Assembly: GCF_006345805.1 (NCBI RefSeq)
Contig: NC_043010.1
Location: 31,930,001 to 31,994,000, forward strand
Source of the DNA: Octopus sinensis
Taxonomy: Eukaryota
DNA: 64,000 bases
Direction of reading: 5' to 3'
In this document: one piece after another, positions 12,967 through 26,062 of the stretch
How positions within the stretch are numbered: position 1 is the first letter of the stretch
Layout: the number at the start of each line of letters is the position of its first letter
The notes under the pieces: model-generated
What the model saw: the letters and a program-made list of their open reading frames with translations, nothing else
The model's database searches: none
Told to the model about the DNA's origin: nothing
Made by a program: the position numbers and the translations under genes

Positions 12967-14464
12967 TTTATTTAATAAGTCTGATTCATCTCAGTGCAAC
13001 TCATCAAATGAATCTATGGAAACCAGTTCCTGTGAACCTGCCTGACAAGTTTTGTTTGAGGAACCTACAAAACTTTAAATCGCATAGAGCTGGGTCAGAT
13101 TGTTATTAAATAAATGATATATGTAACTCTTTCTGAATGTGTTGAGTGCCACTTTCTTTCATTTGACCACTCTTTCATATGCGTGCATGCTTGTGTGTGT
13201 GCATGTGTGTTGATCACAACTGTCTTTTCTTGCTGTATCCTTGTTGTAATTCATCTATCAATTCAGGGTTTGTGTTGAATTTATCGTTCCTTTCTCAAAT
13301 TAATCTGTAGTAACTTTTCACTTATTCTGTTTATGGGATGTTTTTTGATGACACTGGGTTATTTTTGTTGAAGCAGTGATTGACTGATTTGGGATCTCTA
13401 GAAAACAGCATGTATGTATGTGGGTGGGTTGGCAGACAAATAGTGAGACAGTCAGGGTGGTTGATTGGTTGAAGCAACACCTAAAAATATAATAGAACTA
13501 TCTGGAAACCATAAACTATGGCAACAATCACTGTACCATGAAGAGTTCAAGCCTACCATTACCATTCTAACAAAGTAAAAGAACAAGCTCGGCAAACTTG
13601 AAAAGTTTGCTGGAATAAAAAATTGATGGAAACATTTAACATTGTTTCACCATTGATTTATGGTAGATGGAGAAATTTTATCAGAAAAGTTGTTGGGAAA
13701 CTTACAGTAGAGACATCATGTAACCAGTGATCGATTTTGTAACTAATGACCACTTAACACAGCATTGTGTATGGGGCTCTTAATGGACATTGAGTATGCT
13801 ATTGTGTTGTGTGTTTATATTGGGCAGCATTTATTATTGAACACTAATTTCAGAGTGACAGAGATTGATTGAAATAGATGAAAATACACACCAACTAGCA
13901 AAATGAATGATCCTTCAACTACAAACAAGATTGACCAAGTATAGAGAAATAAATGGTGGATGAATGTGTTCACAGACATTAAGTGCTGAATCAATAATAG
14001 ATTGTCAAACCCAATAATGTCACTTATTTGGGAATGAACTCTTCATGGTTGCTCGATCTGTCAGAAATAACAATCAAATGCCCTTCGAAAAAACATTGAC
14101 ATTCTTAATTAAAATGACCGAAAGAGTTGTCATGGTTATTCAGTCTGCTTAAAATAACAACCAAATTCTCTCAAGTCACAATTCTATTGCCTTAGATATA
14201 TGATAAAAAAAAGCCCATTTTATTATTATGTATGGAAGCCTATTGTATATCATTGTCATTATCTTTGGCCTTGCATGCTGGCATGGATTGGATGAGTTAG
14301 CATGGTTCAAGTCAGTTCTTATTTGAAGTTTCTGCCCTACTCCTCATAGATGTGTGCATGTGCATGTGTGTGTGTGTGTGTGTCTGTGTGTGTTTCTGTG
14401 TGTGCATTTCTCTTCATAACTTAGTGATGTAACAAATAGATATTATTAAATTAAGTACAAGATG

Positions 14465-14691
14465 TAACCCTTTAGCATTTAAATTGACCATATCTGGTTT
14501 GAATGTTCAACTTGTTCTATGTTCAAACTGGTCATATCTGACCTCTCATACCTATCCTATGATGTCATTTTAAAAGTAAACGACCACATCATTGAAATTT
14601 TGAAGCTAGAAGACAATGCAAGATTAATTCAAAACAATGAGAATAGGTAAGCATTACATTTGACAGAATAATCTGAATGCTAAAGGGTTAA
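14465..14691. mobile_element. piggyBac-type MITE
   Basis: (g)TAA-CCCTTTAGCATT ... AATGCTAAAGGG-TTAA terminal inverted repeats with a TTAA-like target. Confidence 0.75.
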
Positions 14692-14961
14692 GTAGCAATA
14701 AGTAGTGAGGTTGATATATAATTGACTAAAGTTTTCATTGTTCATATGCACACAGATGCACATATATATAATCACACACACATTTATCCATACAAATATA
14801 TATATATATATATATATTGTGTAGGTATCAGTTAGAGGTGTTCAATACCTCTAAGGGATAATTAAATCAAAAGATGCGCCTGGTTATTACCTGAGTAGGC
14901 AAAGTCTTTTGTAAAGTTGTATGGTAGCAGGTAGTTCAGTAGGTAGACCGTAGTTTAGGTT

Positions 14962-15120
14962 ATATATGAGAAGAAAGTGGATGTAAATAACAAGGAGAAA
15001 CTCATCGGTTTCACTGGTATGTCTTTAATTTAATTCTTTGTTAATTAATTAAATTAAAGACATACCAGCGAAAATGACGAGTTTCTCCTTGATATTTACA
15101 TCCATTTTCTTCTCATATAT
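14962..15120. repeat. Hairpin / foldback element (74-bp arms)
   Basis: 14962-15035 pairs with 15047-15120 with a few mismatches. Confidence 0.9.
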
Positions 15121-15139
15121 ATATTGTTTATTGTTATTA

Positions 15140-16700
15140 TTATTCAGTAGTCTTATTTTTATCATGTGCTTTCTCTGCACTACCGAGTGCAGCTCTGTGT
15201 GCCTTGGGTATGTACTGTGGTTTGTTGTGGTACTCTTAATACCAGTGTATTGAAAGTGTTTTACATGGGATGTATGTGGTGCCTAGTAGTGCTATTTTTT
15301 GTGTGTTGTATATACTTTTAAGTCCTGGTGTTCTTGTTATGTATTTGTCTGAATGTTTTTTTTATCATACCTAATGTGCCTACTATGATAGGAATTGTTT
15401 CTGCTTTTAGGCACCAGTTTCAAGTTACTTCTATTTTCAGTTCTTTGTATTTTGAAAGTTTCTCTATTTCTTTTAGAGAAGCATTGATAGAGAAGCATTT
15501 TAGAGAAGTATTGATACATCGATTAGAAAGCATTTTTTCTTGGTGATCTCTGACAACTATATCCGGCCTATTGACCTTAATTTCTCTATCTGTGTATATT
15601 GGCATATCCCATAGTATGGTTGCTTTCTCATTTTCTGTGACATTTTCTGGCATGTACCTATACCATCTTTTTTCTTTTGTTATTCCATAGTGTTGGCATA
15701 GCTTCCAGTGTATATAGGTCCTAACTCTGGGCAGCTAGAGACCATATGATTTATTTGTTTATTCTCCATTTCCACATATTCTGCAGTTACTTGTATTTCT
15801 TTTCATTACATGTTTCTGGTGATCTCTTGTGCTGCAAGATCTTTCAGTCTCTGCTTTGAGTCCTGGGCTTCTCAGCCATTATTAAGATTTTCCTTTGTCT
15901 ATTTTTCTGTTTTGCCATGAAGGGGCTTTTCTCGCCATTGTTTTATCATGTTCTGTTGCTGTTCTAGTTTTTGTTTGGATTACAGTTGTTTTACAGCTTT
16001 TGTTGTTTCTTCTTTTCCTTCATAGTTGTTAGGTACTATGACTTCTTTTTTGTATTTGTCAGCTTCCTTAAAGACTGAAAAGATTTTTGTTTTGTTTGTG
16101 TTTTGTTGCTATTTGTATTAGTTTTCCTTGCTTCTGAAGTAGGTATTTTTGTAGTCCTATGGTGGTTATTTTGTAATAGTTCTCTAGCTGTATAAGGCCT
16201 CTACCACCTTTGATATATTCTATGTATAGCCTTTCTATATCAGATTTTGGGTAGTTCATCCTAAATCATCTCATTATTTTTCTTATTTTCCTGTCTATTT
16301 TGATTAGTTCATTTAGAGTTCAGTTAAGAATTGTAGGTGTAAATCATAACTGGGACAGCTAGAGTGTTGATTCCTATTATCTTGTTTTTTGCATTGAACT
16401 CTGTTTTCAGTTTTAATCTGACTCATTTATAGTATTCCTTTTTTATCTTCTCTTCCATTTGTGTGTGTTGTATCATATCTAGTTCATTGATTTCTAAGTA
16501 TTTGTATGTCTGGCTTTGGTCTAATTCTCTTATTTTATTTGTTTTATCCAATGTGACATTGTTTACTCTTAACTAGTTTTCCTCTTTTCATGGTTGCTTT
16601 GGAACATTTTTCTAAGCCAGATTTCATGTCTATTTCTTTGGTAAATCCATGTATTGTCTGTAGTAATGCTTCCAGTTGTTTATCATTTGTAGCATACAGT
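15140..16700 (-). mobile_element. R4/Dong-like LINE, 5-prime truncated, decayed (RT C-terminus to REL endonuclease)
   Basis: KLYATNDKQL...GLEKC (RT), HPKSDIERLY-like YPKSDIERLY...GGRGLIQLE, ILWDMPIYTDREIKVNRPDIVV (REL PD motif); both ends abut (AAT)n. Confidence 0.85.
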
Positions 16701-16737
16701 TTTATTATTATTATTATCATTATTATTATTATTATCA

Positions 16738-16930
16738 TTGAGTGAGAGAGCAGTTCATGCCATCAAAGTGACACTGGGGTAAAATATAAGAAGCCCAATA
16801 TACCCATCATGACTACCCGTCTGATAAAGGTACACCAGGCACATGCATTACAACCATATGTGCGCGACATGGTGATCTCATATCAAGATAAACAGCACAT
16901 GCCCTTGCAGGTGGGGCCCAGTTAGAATTT
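16738..16930 (-). mobile_element. Retroposon 3-prime fragment with (AAT)n tail
   Basis: Highly similar to 25581-25770; flanked on both sides by (ATT)n. Confidence 0.7.
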
Positions 16931-16939
16931 TTATTTTTA

Positions 16940-16988
<49 letters not shown>

Positions 16989-17309
16989 AACCACAAAAAA
17001 ACCCTTCTGGAAACAGCTACCCAGGGTTTTCTGAGGAGGCTGATCTCAAGAAGCTGAGCCTTGCGGAGGAGATGGCAAAGGATTAAGCTGATTGGCATTT
17101 TGCTGTGCTTGATAAGACCCACCAATTACAGCAAAAGTGCTATACTAAAACTACCTAGTTATGCTTATATGTGCAAAGCCCTGTCTCCACAACTCTCTCC
17201 CCATTCTCTGATATGTCAAGCATTCTTCCTTTCCATTTTCACCTTACATAGCAAATACACCAGTTCTAGCATTCCTACCACTTTCGGAATTCAGCCTGGA
17301 AGTCGTTTT

Positions 17310-18405
17310 CCATAAGCGAGTCGAGGACCTTCTGCGATTTGCTCTTAATCTCAACAACACTGCTAAAACGGTGACCTTTGAGCTGCATTTTCATCTAGGG
17401 GAAGAGCTGGAAGTCTGGAGGTGCTAAATCTGGCAAATAGGGTGAGTGTGAAAGCAATACCATATTGTCTTTAGTGAGAAACTCACGAGTGAGGAGAGTT
17501 TGGTAATAAGGTGTATTGTTGTCATGATAAAATCAATTCTTCATATCCACAGATCCAGTTGCTTTCACTGAATGTGCTCTCTCAAATTCTTCAAAATGTC
17601 ACAGTAGAACTCTTGATTGATTTCTGGCCCTGGGGGACGAATTCTTGATACATAGTACTGCAGAAATTGAAAAAAATGATGAGTATGATTTTGATTGAGC
17701 TGCAGCTCTGTCGTGCCTTCTTTGGTCATGGGATGAAGGGCTCTTCTATTGTGACAACTGCTGCTTCATCGCAGAAACATACCCATAGACCCAACTCATG
17801 TCACCAGTGATGGTCCTCGACAAGAAGGATGGGCCATCAGCAGCATACTGACAAAGATCTTGACAGATTTCAATCTGATGTTCTTTCTGCTCAATTGTCA
17901 ACAGACGGGGAATAAACTTGGCAGAAATATGCTGCATGTTCAATTCAGACGTTAGGATTGCCTGCACAGACCCATACAACAGACCAACAACATCAGGAAT
18001 GTCATTGATTGTCCTCTGACAATCCTCATGCACAAGCGTCTTCCAGGGATGTTCTTCTGCTTTTGAAGTGCCAGTGCCACTTGAAACATTGTGTGCGATC
18101 CATTGCCTCATTGCTGCAATCTTGCCAAAGCATGTTCAATGTCTCTGCAGTAGACTTTCCAAGTTTTATGCAAAATTTCATGTTGGCTCTTTGTTCCAAC
18201 TTCCTGTCCATGACAAAACTGCAGACTACAGCGTACATGTGATCACAAAATCACAAATTTCACAACTTGTGAAGTAAACTCAGCAATGTCACTTGCAGAC
18301 TTCCTCATGAAGGTCACTGTTAGCTTTTATTGCACATGTAACGATGTGCTGTCATCTGTTGGCATGCTACAGAACTAGTTTGGGAACTGTTTGATACCAC
18401 GTCAT
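17310..18405 (-). mobile_element. Mariner transposon remnant (second subfamily)
   Basis: EQRANMKFCIKLGKS (HTH), KFIPRLLT, RTITGDMSWVYGY (first D), HSPYLPDLAPPDFQLF; decayed TIR near 18375-18405. Confidence 0.85.
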
Positions 18406-18448
18406 ACATGCACATGCATATATATATATATATATATATATATTCACA

Positions 18449-18512
18449 CAGGTTGCTTAGCCACATACCGAAAAATTAGAAATAATTTTTCGGTATTTGG
18501 CTAAGCAACCTG
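18449..18512. repeat. 30-bp stem hairpin with GAAA loop
   Basis: 18449-18478 pairs with 18483-18512 with one mismatch. Confidence 0.9.
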
Positions 18513-18536
18513 TTGCCTGCCCCCTTTTTATTTAAT

Positions 18537-19440
18537 GAGTACTGGTGGAATACCCCAGTAAAAACCTCAATAAAATGTAAGCACAACAGACCTGATATAA
18601 TGATTTGAGATAGAGAAGAGAAACTGTGCACAGTTATGGAAATTAGCTGCCCAGTGGATGTTAACATAAAGCACAGGATCAGTGATAAAGGGAATATTTA
18701 CGCTGAACTATTGAGAAATCTGCTGTTATTCTCTCCAGATTACAAGATCAGGTTTATACCTGTAATTATTGCAGCCCTAGGATAAACCCAAGGACAAAGA
18801 AATAAGAACCCACAGTTTGGTAGAAGCCATATAGCCACACATAATAAAAAAGAGTACTGGTGGAATGTCCCTGTGAAGACCTCAATAAAATGTAAGCACA
18901 ACAGACCTGATTATAATGATTTGAGATAGAGAAGAGAAACTGTGCACAGTTATGGAAATTAGCAGCCCAGCGGATGTTAACATAAAGCTGAAGATCAGTG
19001 AAAAAGAGAACACCTATGCTGAACTATTGAGAAATCTGCTGTTATTCTGTTCAGATTACAAGTTTAGGTTTATACCTGTAATTATTGGGACCCTGGGATA
19101 TAACACACTGCCTAAATAGCAATCTTGGAAAATTAGGCTTCTCAAAACCAGAGAGGAGAAAGCTAACTCGAAGACTACAGATCCAATCCATCACTGGAAC
19201 TGTAAAATTCTGTAAAACTTTCCAGAAGGTTATCATTTAAATTTATATGAGCATGTCTAGATATGCAACTATATACATGAGAATATATACATAAAGCAAA
19301 ACATACAAATTGGCACATATACATACATGCATACAAACAAGACTATCCTGTTGTTGATGTTGAAATTTCACTAAAAGAATCTAGGTTAGAAACCGGCTCT
19401 TTCTCTATTGGCAAGAAATCTTGAAATAAAACTGAACAAT
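18537..19440 (+). mobile_element. R4/Dong-like LINE 3-prime end with duplicated REL segment
   Basis: EYWWNVPVKTSIKCKHNRPD..EEKLCTVMEISCP..K..EK..YAELLRNL present at 18537-18775 and 18852-19090, then a 3-prime UTR-like tail. Confidence 0.8.
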
Positions 19441-19952
19441 ACATAGATACACACATATGCATGCATGCATCATATGTACCTGCAAATACACACACACACA
19501 TGTGTTAAATATTACTACTGATGCAGGCCATCCTTAACTTTCCTGAATCCTGCCTGTTTATCTCTTATGTACACACACATATACATATAAACACATACAT
19601 ACCCATAATTACGCATGCAAATACATAGATACATGCAGTCATGTTCTCTCACATGATAATCCGATACCATTTGTATATGTAATATTATGGAATATTTGCA
19701 GACAGAGATTAACTTTAATCTATCTAGAATCTGACTTTGAACTTGTTATATATGCACACATACTCACATACCCATGTGCAAATAGATATATTTTACACAC
19801 TGTGGAGGCAGATTTTTCCGATCACTTAAGGGGAAAAGTCTTTTCAATAATAGTGTAATCACCTGATTATATTATGCAGACAATAATTTTGATATCTGTG
19901 ATTATGATAATTTATGGGTAGCTCTGTATATGCAAATTTTACAATATATATC

Positions 19953-20012
<60 letters not shown>

Positions 20013-20461
20013 ATATATATGTATACACACACACACATAGTACATACATGGATGTATGTACATGTGTCCCAATGGCGATTGTTGTTTTTATGTGATAGCT
20101 CTTCATTAAACATGTGATGATATTCGCTACAAACATGCATCACCGATTCAAGTTTTATATGCCAAAAGACACATTGAACTTTTACTTTGCATTGTCCACA
20201 TCTTGATTAATGCATTGGCTTGGCATTGTGTAATTTGTGTCACCCATACATGATTTGCTGTGCTTGCATCCCATGTTTTTTTTTCATTCACCCAACTGGA
20301 GTATCAATTAAACGTGTGTAAGGCAACAAATGGAAGCCACCTCAGACTGTGCTAAACTGTATGCAAACCTTATCAGTTGGTCTCTTATTCAACATGTATA
20401 TGAAATGTGTATGAAATAAAAGATGAAGACAGGTGAAGGAACAACAAGTAGGTGTATTAAT

Positions 20462-20688
20462 TTAAGCCTTTCGTTACTAACGTGGCTGAAACCAGCTCTG
20501 GCTCTGAGTACAAATGTCTTGTTTTCATAAGTTTTGAATTAAAATCTTCCACCAAACCTTAGTCACAATTTATGTTCCTAACATTAACTGAATGATAACA
20601 AAGTTATTTTATCAAATTCTTTGTTATATTTAAAGTAATTGAAAGAAACACAGAGCATCCCAAAATAAATACAGTAATGAAAAGGTTA
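20462..20688. mobile_element. piggyBac-type MITE (decayed TIRs)
   Basis: ttaa-gcctttcgttac ... gtaatgaaaagg-ttag. Confidence 0.6.
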
Positions 20689-21099
20689 GTGCTTGGGAAG
20701 GATGGAAAAGTCTTTGATGTTTTGAGCCCATGGTTTTTGGCAGAAAGGATTGAGAGGGAAAAAAACGGAGAGAGAGAAAAAATGTGTAGGGATTATATGT
20801 ATCATCATCATCATTTTAACATTCACTTCTCCTTGCTTGCATTGTTCAGATAGATATTGTTGAGGCAGATTTTCTACAATTGAATTCCCTTTCTGTCACC
20901 AGTCCTCACTTGTTTCCAAGCATGGAAATGAAGGACACCACTTGTACAATGGTGATGGTGACACACATTTACAAATAATACACATACATTGTTAAGACAA
21001 AGAGGTTCAAACACATATACATGTTTTATTCCATTTCTTTTTAACTTCACTGAGCCAACATAGTCTATGTGCCTCTACTATAAAAGAGGCTTTTTGTTT

Positions 21100-21365
21100 C
21101 TAACCAGTTTGTCTGAAGAATCGTTAATAGACATTAACACATTGAAGGCAGTGAGCTGGCAGAATCATTAGAACATCAGGAAAAATGTTTAGCAACATTC
21201 CATCCTTCTTTACATTCCGAGTTCAAATTCTGCTGAGGTTCGCTTTGACTTTCATCCTTTTGGGGTTTATAAAATAACTACTAGTGGGACACTAGGGCTG
21301 ATGTAATCAATTTACCCCTCCTCTAAAATTGCTGGCCTTGTGCCGCAATTTGAAATCAGTATTCT
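21100..21365 (+). mobile_element. SINE family C, near full length
   Basis: ggcagtgagctggcagaatc (A-box-like) ... gagttcaaattc (B box) ... catcctttt/ggggtttataaaataa ... gctggccttgtgcc. Confidence 0.75.
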
Positions 21366-21989
21366 AACCAGTTATATACCATAACCAGTAATGTATCACC
21401 TGATGATGAAGATAATGATGATGATGAAAGTGTGTGTGTGTGCACACAATAGATTTCTTTCAGTTTCCATCTGCCTAATTCCTTCAGAAAAATTTGATTA
21501 ATATAGTAAATGACACTTGCCCAGTGTGAATGAACCTGAAACCATATGGTTGTGAAGTGAACTTATTAAGCACACCATCATGTCACCACCTATATGTATA
21601 GCACTCAAATTTACCATATGTTACATACTATCCTACCATCTTAAAAAAAATCAATGTAAGAACACCTTGTATTATGAAGTGTCCTATACAATATGTCTAA
21701 AGAAAGACATGATGACATAGCTGGCTCCTCATTGATTAATTATAGAGCTGCTGGACAACAATTGGCATAAACAGATTACCAACAACAGCAACAACAATTA
21801 AAACAAAATTTGTTTATGAAATAAGATAATGTGCTTGAGTGAATTTTTCAATTACTTAGTATGGTAATTTCATTGTTCTGAGTTCAATCTCTGTTACCTT
21901 CTGTTAAACAATATAATATTTGCTGTCACAGGCCATCCCCTCCCCAAATCTCCTTGGATTTGGGGGTTTTAACCAACACATATACACAT

Positions 21990-22078
<89 letters not shown>

Positions 22079-23115
22079 ATGTATACAGTGGAAGCTGCTT
22101 AATGTGATCACTTTGGGACATAGCCTTTTAGATAACAATAAATTCCGATAACATTAAACAAAAGAAATACTTATGTGCATGGCTCGAAACGTAAAAGACT
22201 TTTTCTATTCCTGAGCGTTATACTAATACACCTGTTTGTTTTATACACCACCTGTCTTCGCCTTTTGTTTTTTTCGTAAACTCTTCCTATATGTAAGTGT
22301 ATACATATATATGTCTTTCTGTGTATGAGTATAGAATTCTCAGTTTGCTTGACTGTAAGGTATGTGTAGCTTCATATCCTTCCTAATGTACAATCATCAT
22401 CATCATCATCCTCATCATTGCCACTACCACTACTGGCCATAACATCACAGATCACCACCCTGTCACCACCGACAACGCTGGTACTGCTGCTAAGATTAAC
22501 AATGACAACATCGATGGTGACCATCTCCGTTGTCATTGTAACCACTACTATTACTCCTATCATCATCACCATCATCATCATCTCTAGAAATTGTCTTGGA
22601 AAAAATATTGAAAGGAATCTGAAAAGAGACATAAGATATGAAAAAAAACTATGGAAAAAATTAACAATGAACAATTAAGATGATAATTGTTATTGGTTAA
22701 TTTTTAATAAGAATCTTGAAAAATCAATGATGTTTATTGTTTTTAATTTCATTTGAAACATCACAGGTTATTTACAGGAGAACAGCAATGATGATAATGA
22801 TAATGATGATGATGATGATGATGATGATAAAAGTATTTGAGATCAAAAACTATAATAATGATAATTATAATTTTATTTGCCACAGGGGTATCCAAGGATG
22901 AGGACATTATAAAGACAGTTTTTATTTGTGTTCAGATTTATATAAAAACTGTTTGGGGAAAAGACATGAGAGGAGAGTAAAAATATACTTAATAACCAAA
23001 ATATGTGTATTCATGAATGATGCAGTCCTCCTGAAACGAGAGCCTTCAACTTGAAATAGTGAAGGAACTCCACAGATTCAGGATTACTCTGACTACCAAA
23101 AGCATGAACTCTCAC

Positions 23116-23186
23116 CCAACTGTTGTTCTCCAGTGTATAGATGCAGACCCAATGGCCTACCAAGATTAAGTGCATTGCTTTTACCC
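23116..23186 (-). CDS. Candidate small exon (phase 2 to 1)
   Basis: Acceptor ttaatgtttggtctag, GKSNALNLGRPLGLHLYTGEQQL, donor G|gtgaga; phase-compatible with the 29452-29587 candidate. Confidence 0.2.
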
Positions 23187-23316
23187 CTAGACCAAACATT
23201 AACATGTAAAATAAAAGGGTGATGGACAAAGCAACAAATCATAAAGTTGTTGAGGCTTTTTGTAGAATCAACTGTAGAGGGATTGATACCAGCTGCCAAT
23301 ATATATATATAGAGAG

Positions 23317-23349
<33 letters not shown>

Positions 23350-23352
<3 letters not shown>

Positions 23353-23635
23353 CTGCCAGCCTCGTCTGGCACCTGTGTCGGTGGCACATAAAAAACACCA
23401 TTCGAGCGTGACCGTCTGCCAGCCTCGTCTGGCACCTGTGTCGGTGGCACATAAAATCACCCACTACACTCTCGGAATGGTTGACGTTAGGAAGGGCATC
23501 CAGCTGTAGAAACACTGCCAGATCTGACTGGTCTGGTGCAGCCTTCGGGCTTGCCAGACCCCAGTTGAACCGTCCAACCCATGCTAGCATGGAAAGCGGA
23601 CGTTAAACGATGATGATGATGATGATGATGATGAT
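23350..23635 (+). mobile_element. RTE-type 3-prime end with (GAT)n tail
   Basis: Two ~56-bp repeats, then cacccactacactctcgg...ccaacccatgctagcatggaaagcggacgttaaacgatgatgat. Confidence 0.85.
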
Positions 23636-24089
23636 ATATATTTATTTATATCTACATGCATGTATATGTATATAATTATATGTGCATAAATATACACATA
23701 TCCATACATGTATTTGCATAGAAACAAGTAGAAGAAGTACAATTACAAAAAGCTTTCATTAAAAGGAAATAAAACATGAAAGGTCATTGGTTAGGTTGAG
23801 TTAAAGCAGTCCATGATCCTGTTCATCTAACCATTTCTAAAATTATGTATGAGAGCAGTTGAATGCACCAGTAAACATTTTTTGAAATATTTGGTGCTGA
23901 AAATCTCAGTCTTGTGGGTATTCTCTTATTAAGTTTCGTGTAATGTCTTGCTTTTAATTTCACTGCTAGTCTATCTTCTCCATACTGTTACTGTTTTGAA
24001 TTAACTAATTGTGTATCATTCTCTCTGTGGCATTACAGATGCTTTTTTCTGTTAACTATATGTTTGGTTTTCAATGAGTTGTGAATCCT

Positions 24090-24650
24090 AATTCGGCTTC
24101 ATCTTCTTTATTTTCGCAATGGAAATTGAAGCTGTGATACCAGTGCTGGTGGCACATAAGAGAACCATCCGAATGTGGCCGTTGCCAGCGCCACCCTGAC
24201 TGGCCTCTGTGCTGGTGGCACATAAAAAGCACCATCCGATTGTGGCCGTTGCCAGCCTCGTCTGGCCTCTGTGCTGGTGGCACATAAAAAGCACCATCCG
24301 ATTGTGGCCGTTGCCAGCCTCGTCCGGCCTGTGCTGGTGGCGCATAAAAAGCACCATCCGATTGTGGCCGTTGCCAGCCTCGTCTGGCCTCTGTGCTGGT
24401 GGCACATAAAAAGCACCATCCGATTGTGGCCGTTGTCAGCCTCGTCTGGCCTCCGTGCCGGTGGCATATAAAAAGCACCCACTACACTCACGGAGTGGTT
24501 GGCGTTAGGAAGGGCATCCAGCTATAGAAACTCTGCCAGATCAGACTGGGCCTGGCACAGCCTTCTGGCTTCCCAGACCCCAGTTGAACTGTCCAACCCA
24601 TGCTAGCATGAAAAATGGACATTAAACGATAATGATGATGATGATGATTA
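24090..24650 (+). mobile_element. RTE-type 3-prime end containing ~5.5 tandem 60-62 bp repeats
   Basis: Unit gtgctggtggcacataaaaagcaccatccgattgtggccgttgccagcctcgtctggcctct at 24142-24480, then the same tail as 23460-23635. Confidence 0.85.
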
Positions 24651-24699
24651 TTTTCCTGATGTAAATGATGTATAGTTGCCATTTTAAAGAAATTGTTCC

Positions 24700-25380
24700 T
24701 CCCCACTCATTTCCATTGTTTTATGTTTATTCTTCCTTTTTGTGATTTTTATCCCTCTTTTTCTTCCTTTCATGTTTTTTTTTAGTTGTTCATAGATTTT
24801 CACTTGCAATTATTATTTCTGCTTCATTGCATAATGATAATGTGATAATATAGGTTGGAACTATTTGAAGACAGGGTGTTTGCTCATCAGTTTCTAATAC
24901 TGAGCATAAAGGTATTTCACTTGCTATCCCTATAGTTTTGGTTGGAGGTACTGTAGAAACTGGGTTTCATGGTTCTTTTTGCTCTCACTGTTGATTTCTA
25001 TTTAGTTTTTTTGTTTGCTTAGTCTTTCCAATTTTTCTTTCAGGTAACAAATGTAGCAACTAAGTATTTTGTCCCGCATCATTAATCTCATTCCTTTTGT
25101 CTTAGTACCTTCTACTTGGTACAGTATGGCTTTGTGGCCTTTGGACTTCATTAAGACTTGCAAATACATTTTGACTTTCATTGACTACATGTCATCTTTT
25201 GTTAGCCCTTCTTTAAACACTGATCTATATTTTGATACAAAAGTGATGCTATCCATGAATTTACATTGTTTCCAGTATCTTCTATTGTTGCTCTCATATT
25301 TTGTTAACTCATCCACTAGTGTACAAATGTATAGTCAGAGGTATATCTGACAATTTCAGCCTGTGTTGGGATTGAGTCTT
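24700..25380 (-). mobile_element. Possible LINE ORF1 remnant
   Basis: Decayed coding-like minus reading (KGHKAILYQVEGTKTKGMRLMMRDKILSCYIC); no firm motif. Confidence 0.3.
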
Positions 25381-25459
25381 CAGTTTTGAAGGTACAACAG
25401 AGAGTACTCTATACATTATTTACATTTGATGGATATTTGTCTTCATCTTGTTTGTTGTT

Positions 25460-25505
25460 AATACAACGTTTCGGCTGATATACCCTCGAGCCTTCATCAG
25501 GTGTC
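25460..25505 (-). ncRNA. Minimal type I hammerhead ribozyme motif (PLE terminal repeat)
   Basis: GACAC-CUGAUGA-A-GGCU(12 nt)AGCC-GAAA-C-GUU-GUAUU: canonical core, stem II, palindromic ACGU stem III, stem I with one mismatch. Confidence 0.75.
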
Positions 25506-25580
25506 TTGGGGGAAATTTTGAACCTGGATTCTCATTCCTAAGGTATTTTTCAATGTTATTATTATTATTATTATTATTAT

Positions 25581-26062
25581 TGAGTGAGAGAGCAGTGCAT
25601 GCCATCAAAGTGACACTGGGGTAAAATATACAATGCCTAATATACCCATATTGACTACCCGTCTGATAAGGGTACACCAGGCACATGCATCACAACCATA
25701 TGTGCACAACATAGTGATCTCATATCAAGATAAACAGCACATGACCTTGCAGGTGGAGCCCAGTTAGCATTTTCTTCTGGTCAAGTAACCCATCCTGCTC
25801 AAAAGTTCTTTGAATAAGGGTTATTTAAGGATGTTGAACAAAACACCCATGTTTCCAGAGGTGAATTATTCAAACCTCAGGAATCCCTCTCAACACATGG
25901 CTAAGATGCCCCCCATCACTACTTTTGCTCGTAATCAGAGATGCACATATCGTCAGCCACTAAGGGACATGGTCAACTGGTTAAGGTCAAACAACTGACA
26001 TGCAAATCTGTGGTATTGAGCTGAATATTTGCTGTAGCCCATCTTTTATACCAAGACAAGCA
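25581..26062 (-). mobile_element. Retroposon 3-prime fragment with (AAT)n tail
   Basis: Longer copy of 16738-16930, abutting (ATT)n at 25555-25580. Confidence 0.7.

Noticed and set aside
24142-24480. Regular ~61-bp repeats as a possible CRISPR array or repeat protein
   Set aside because: There are no unique spacers and no cas genes, the context is eukaryotic, and the repeats sit in an RTE 3-prime end.
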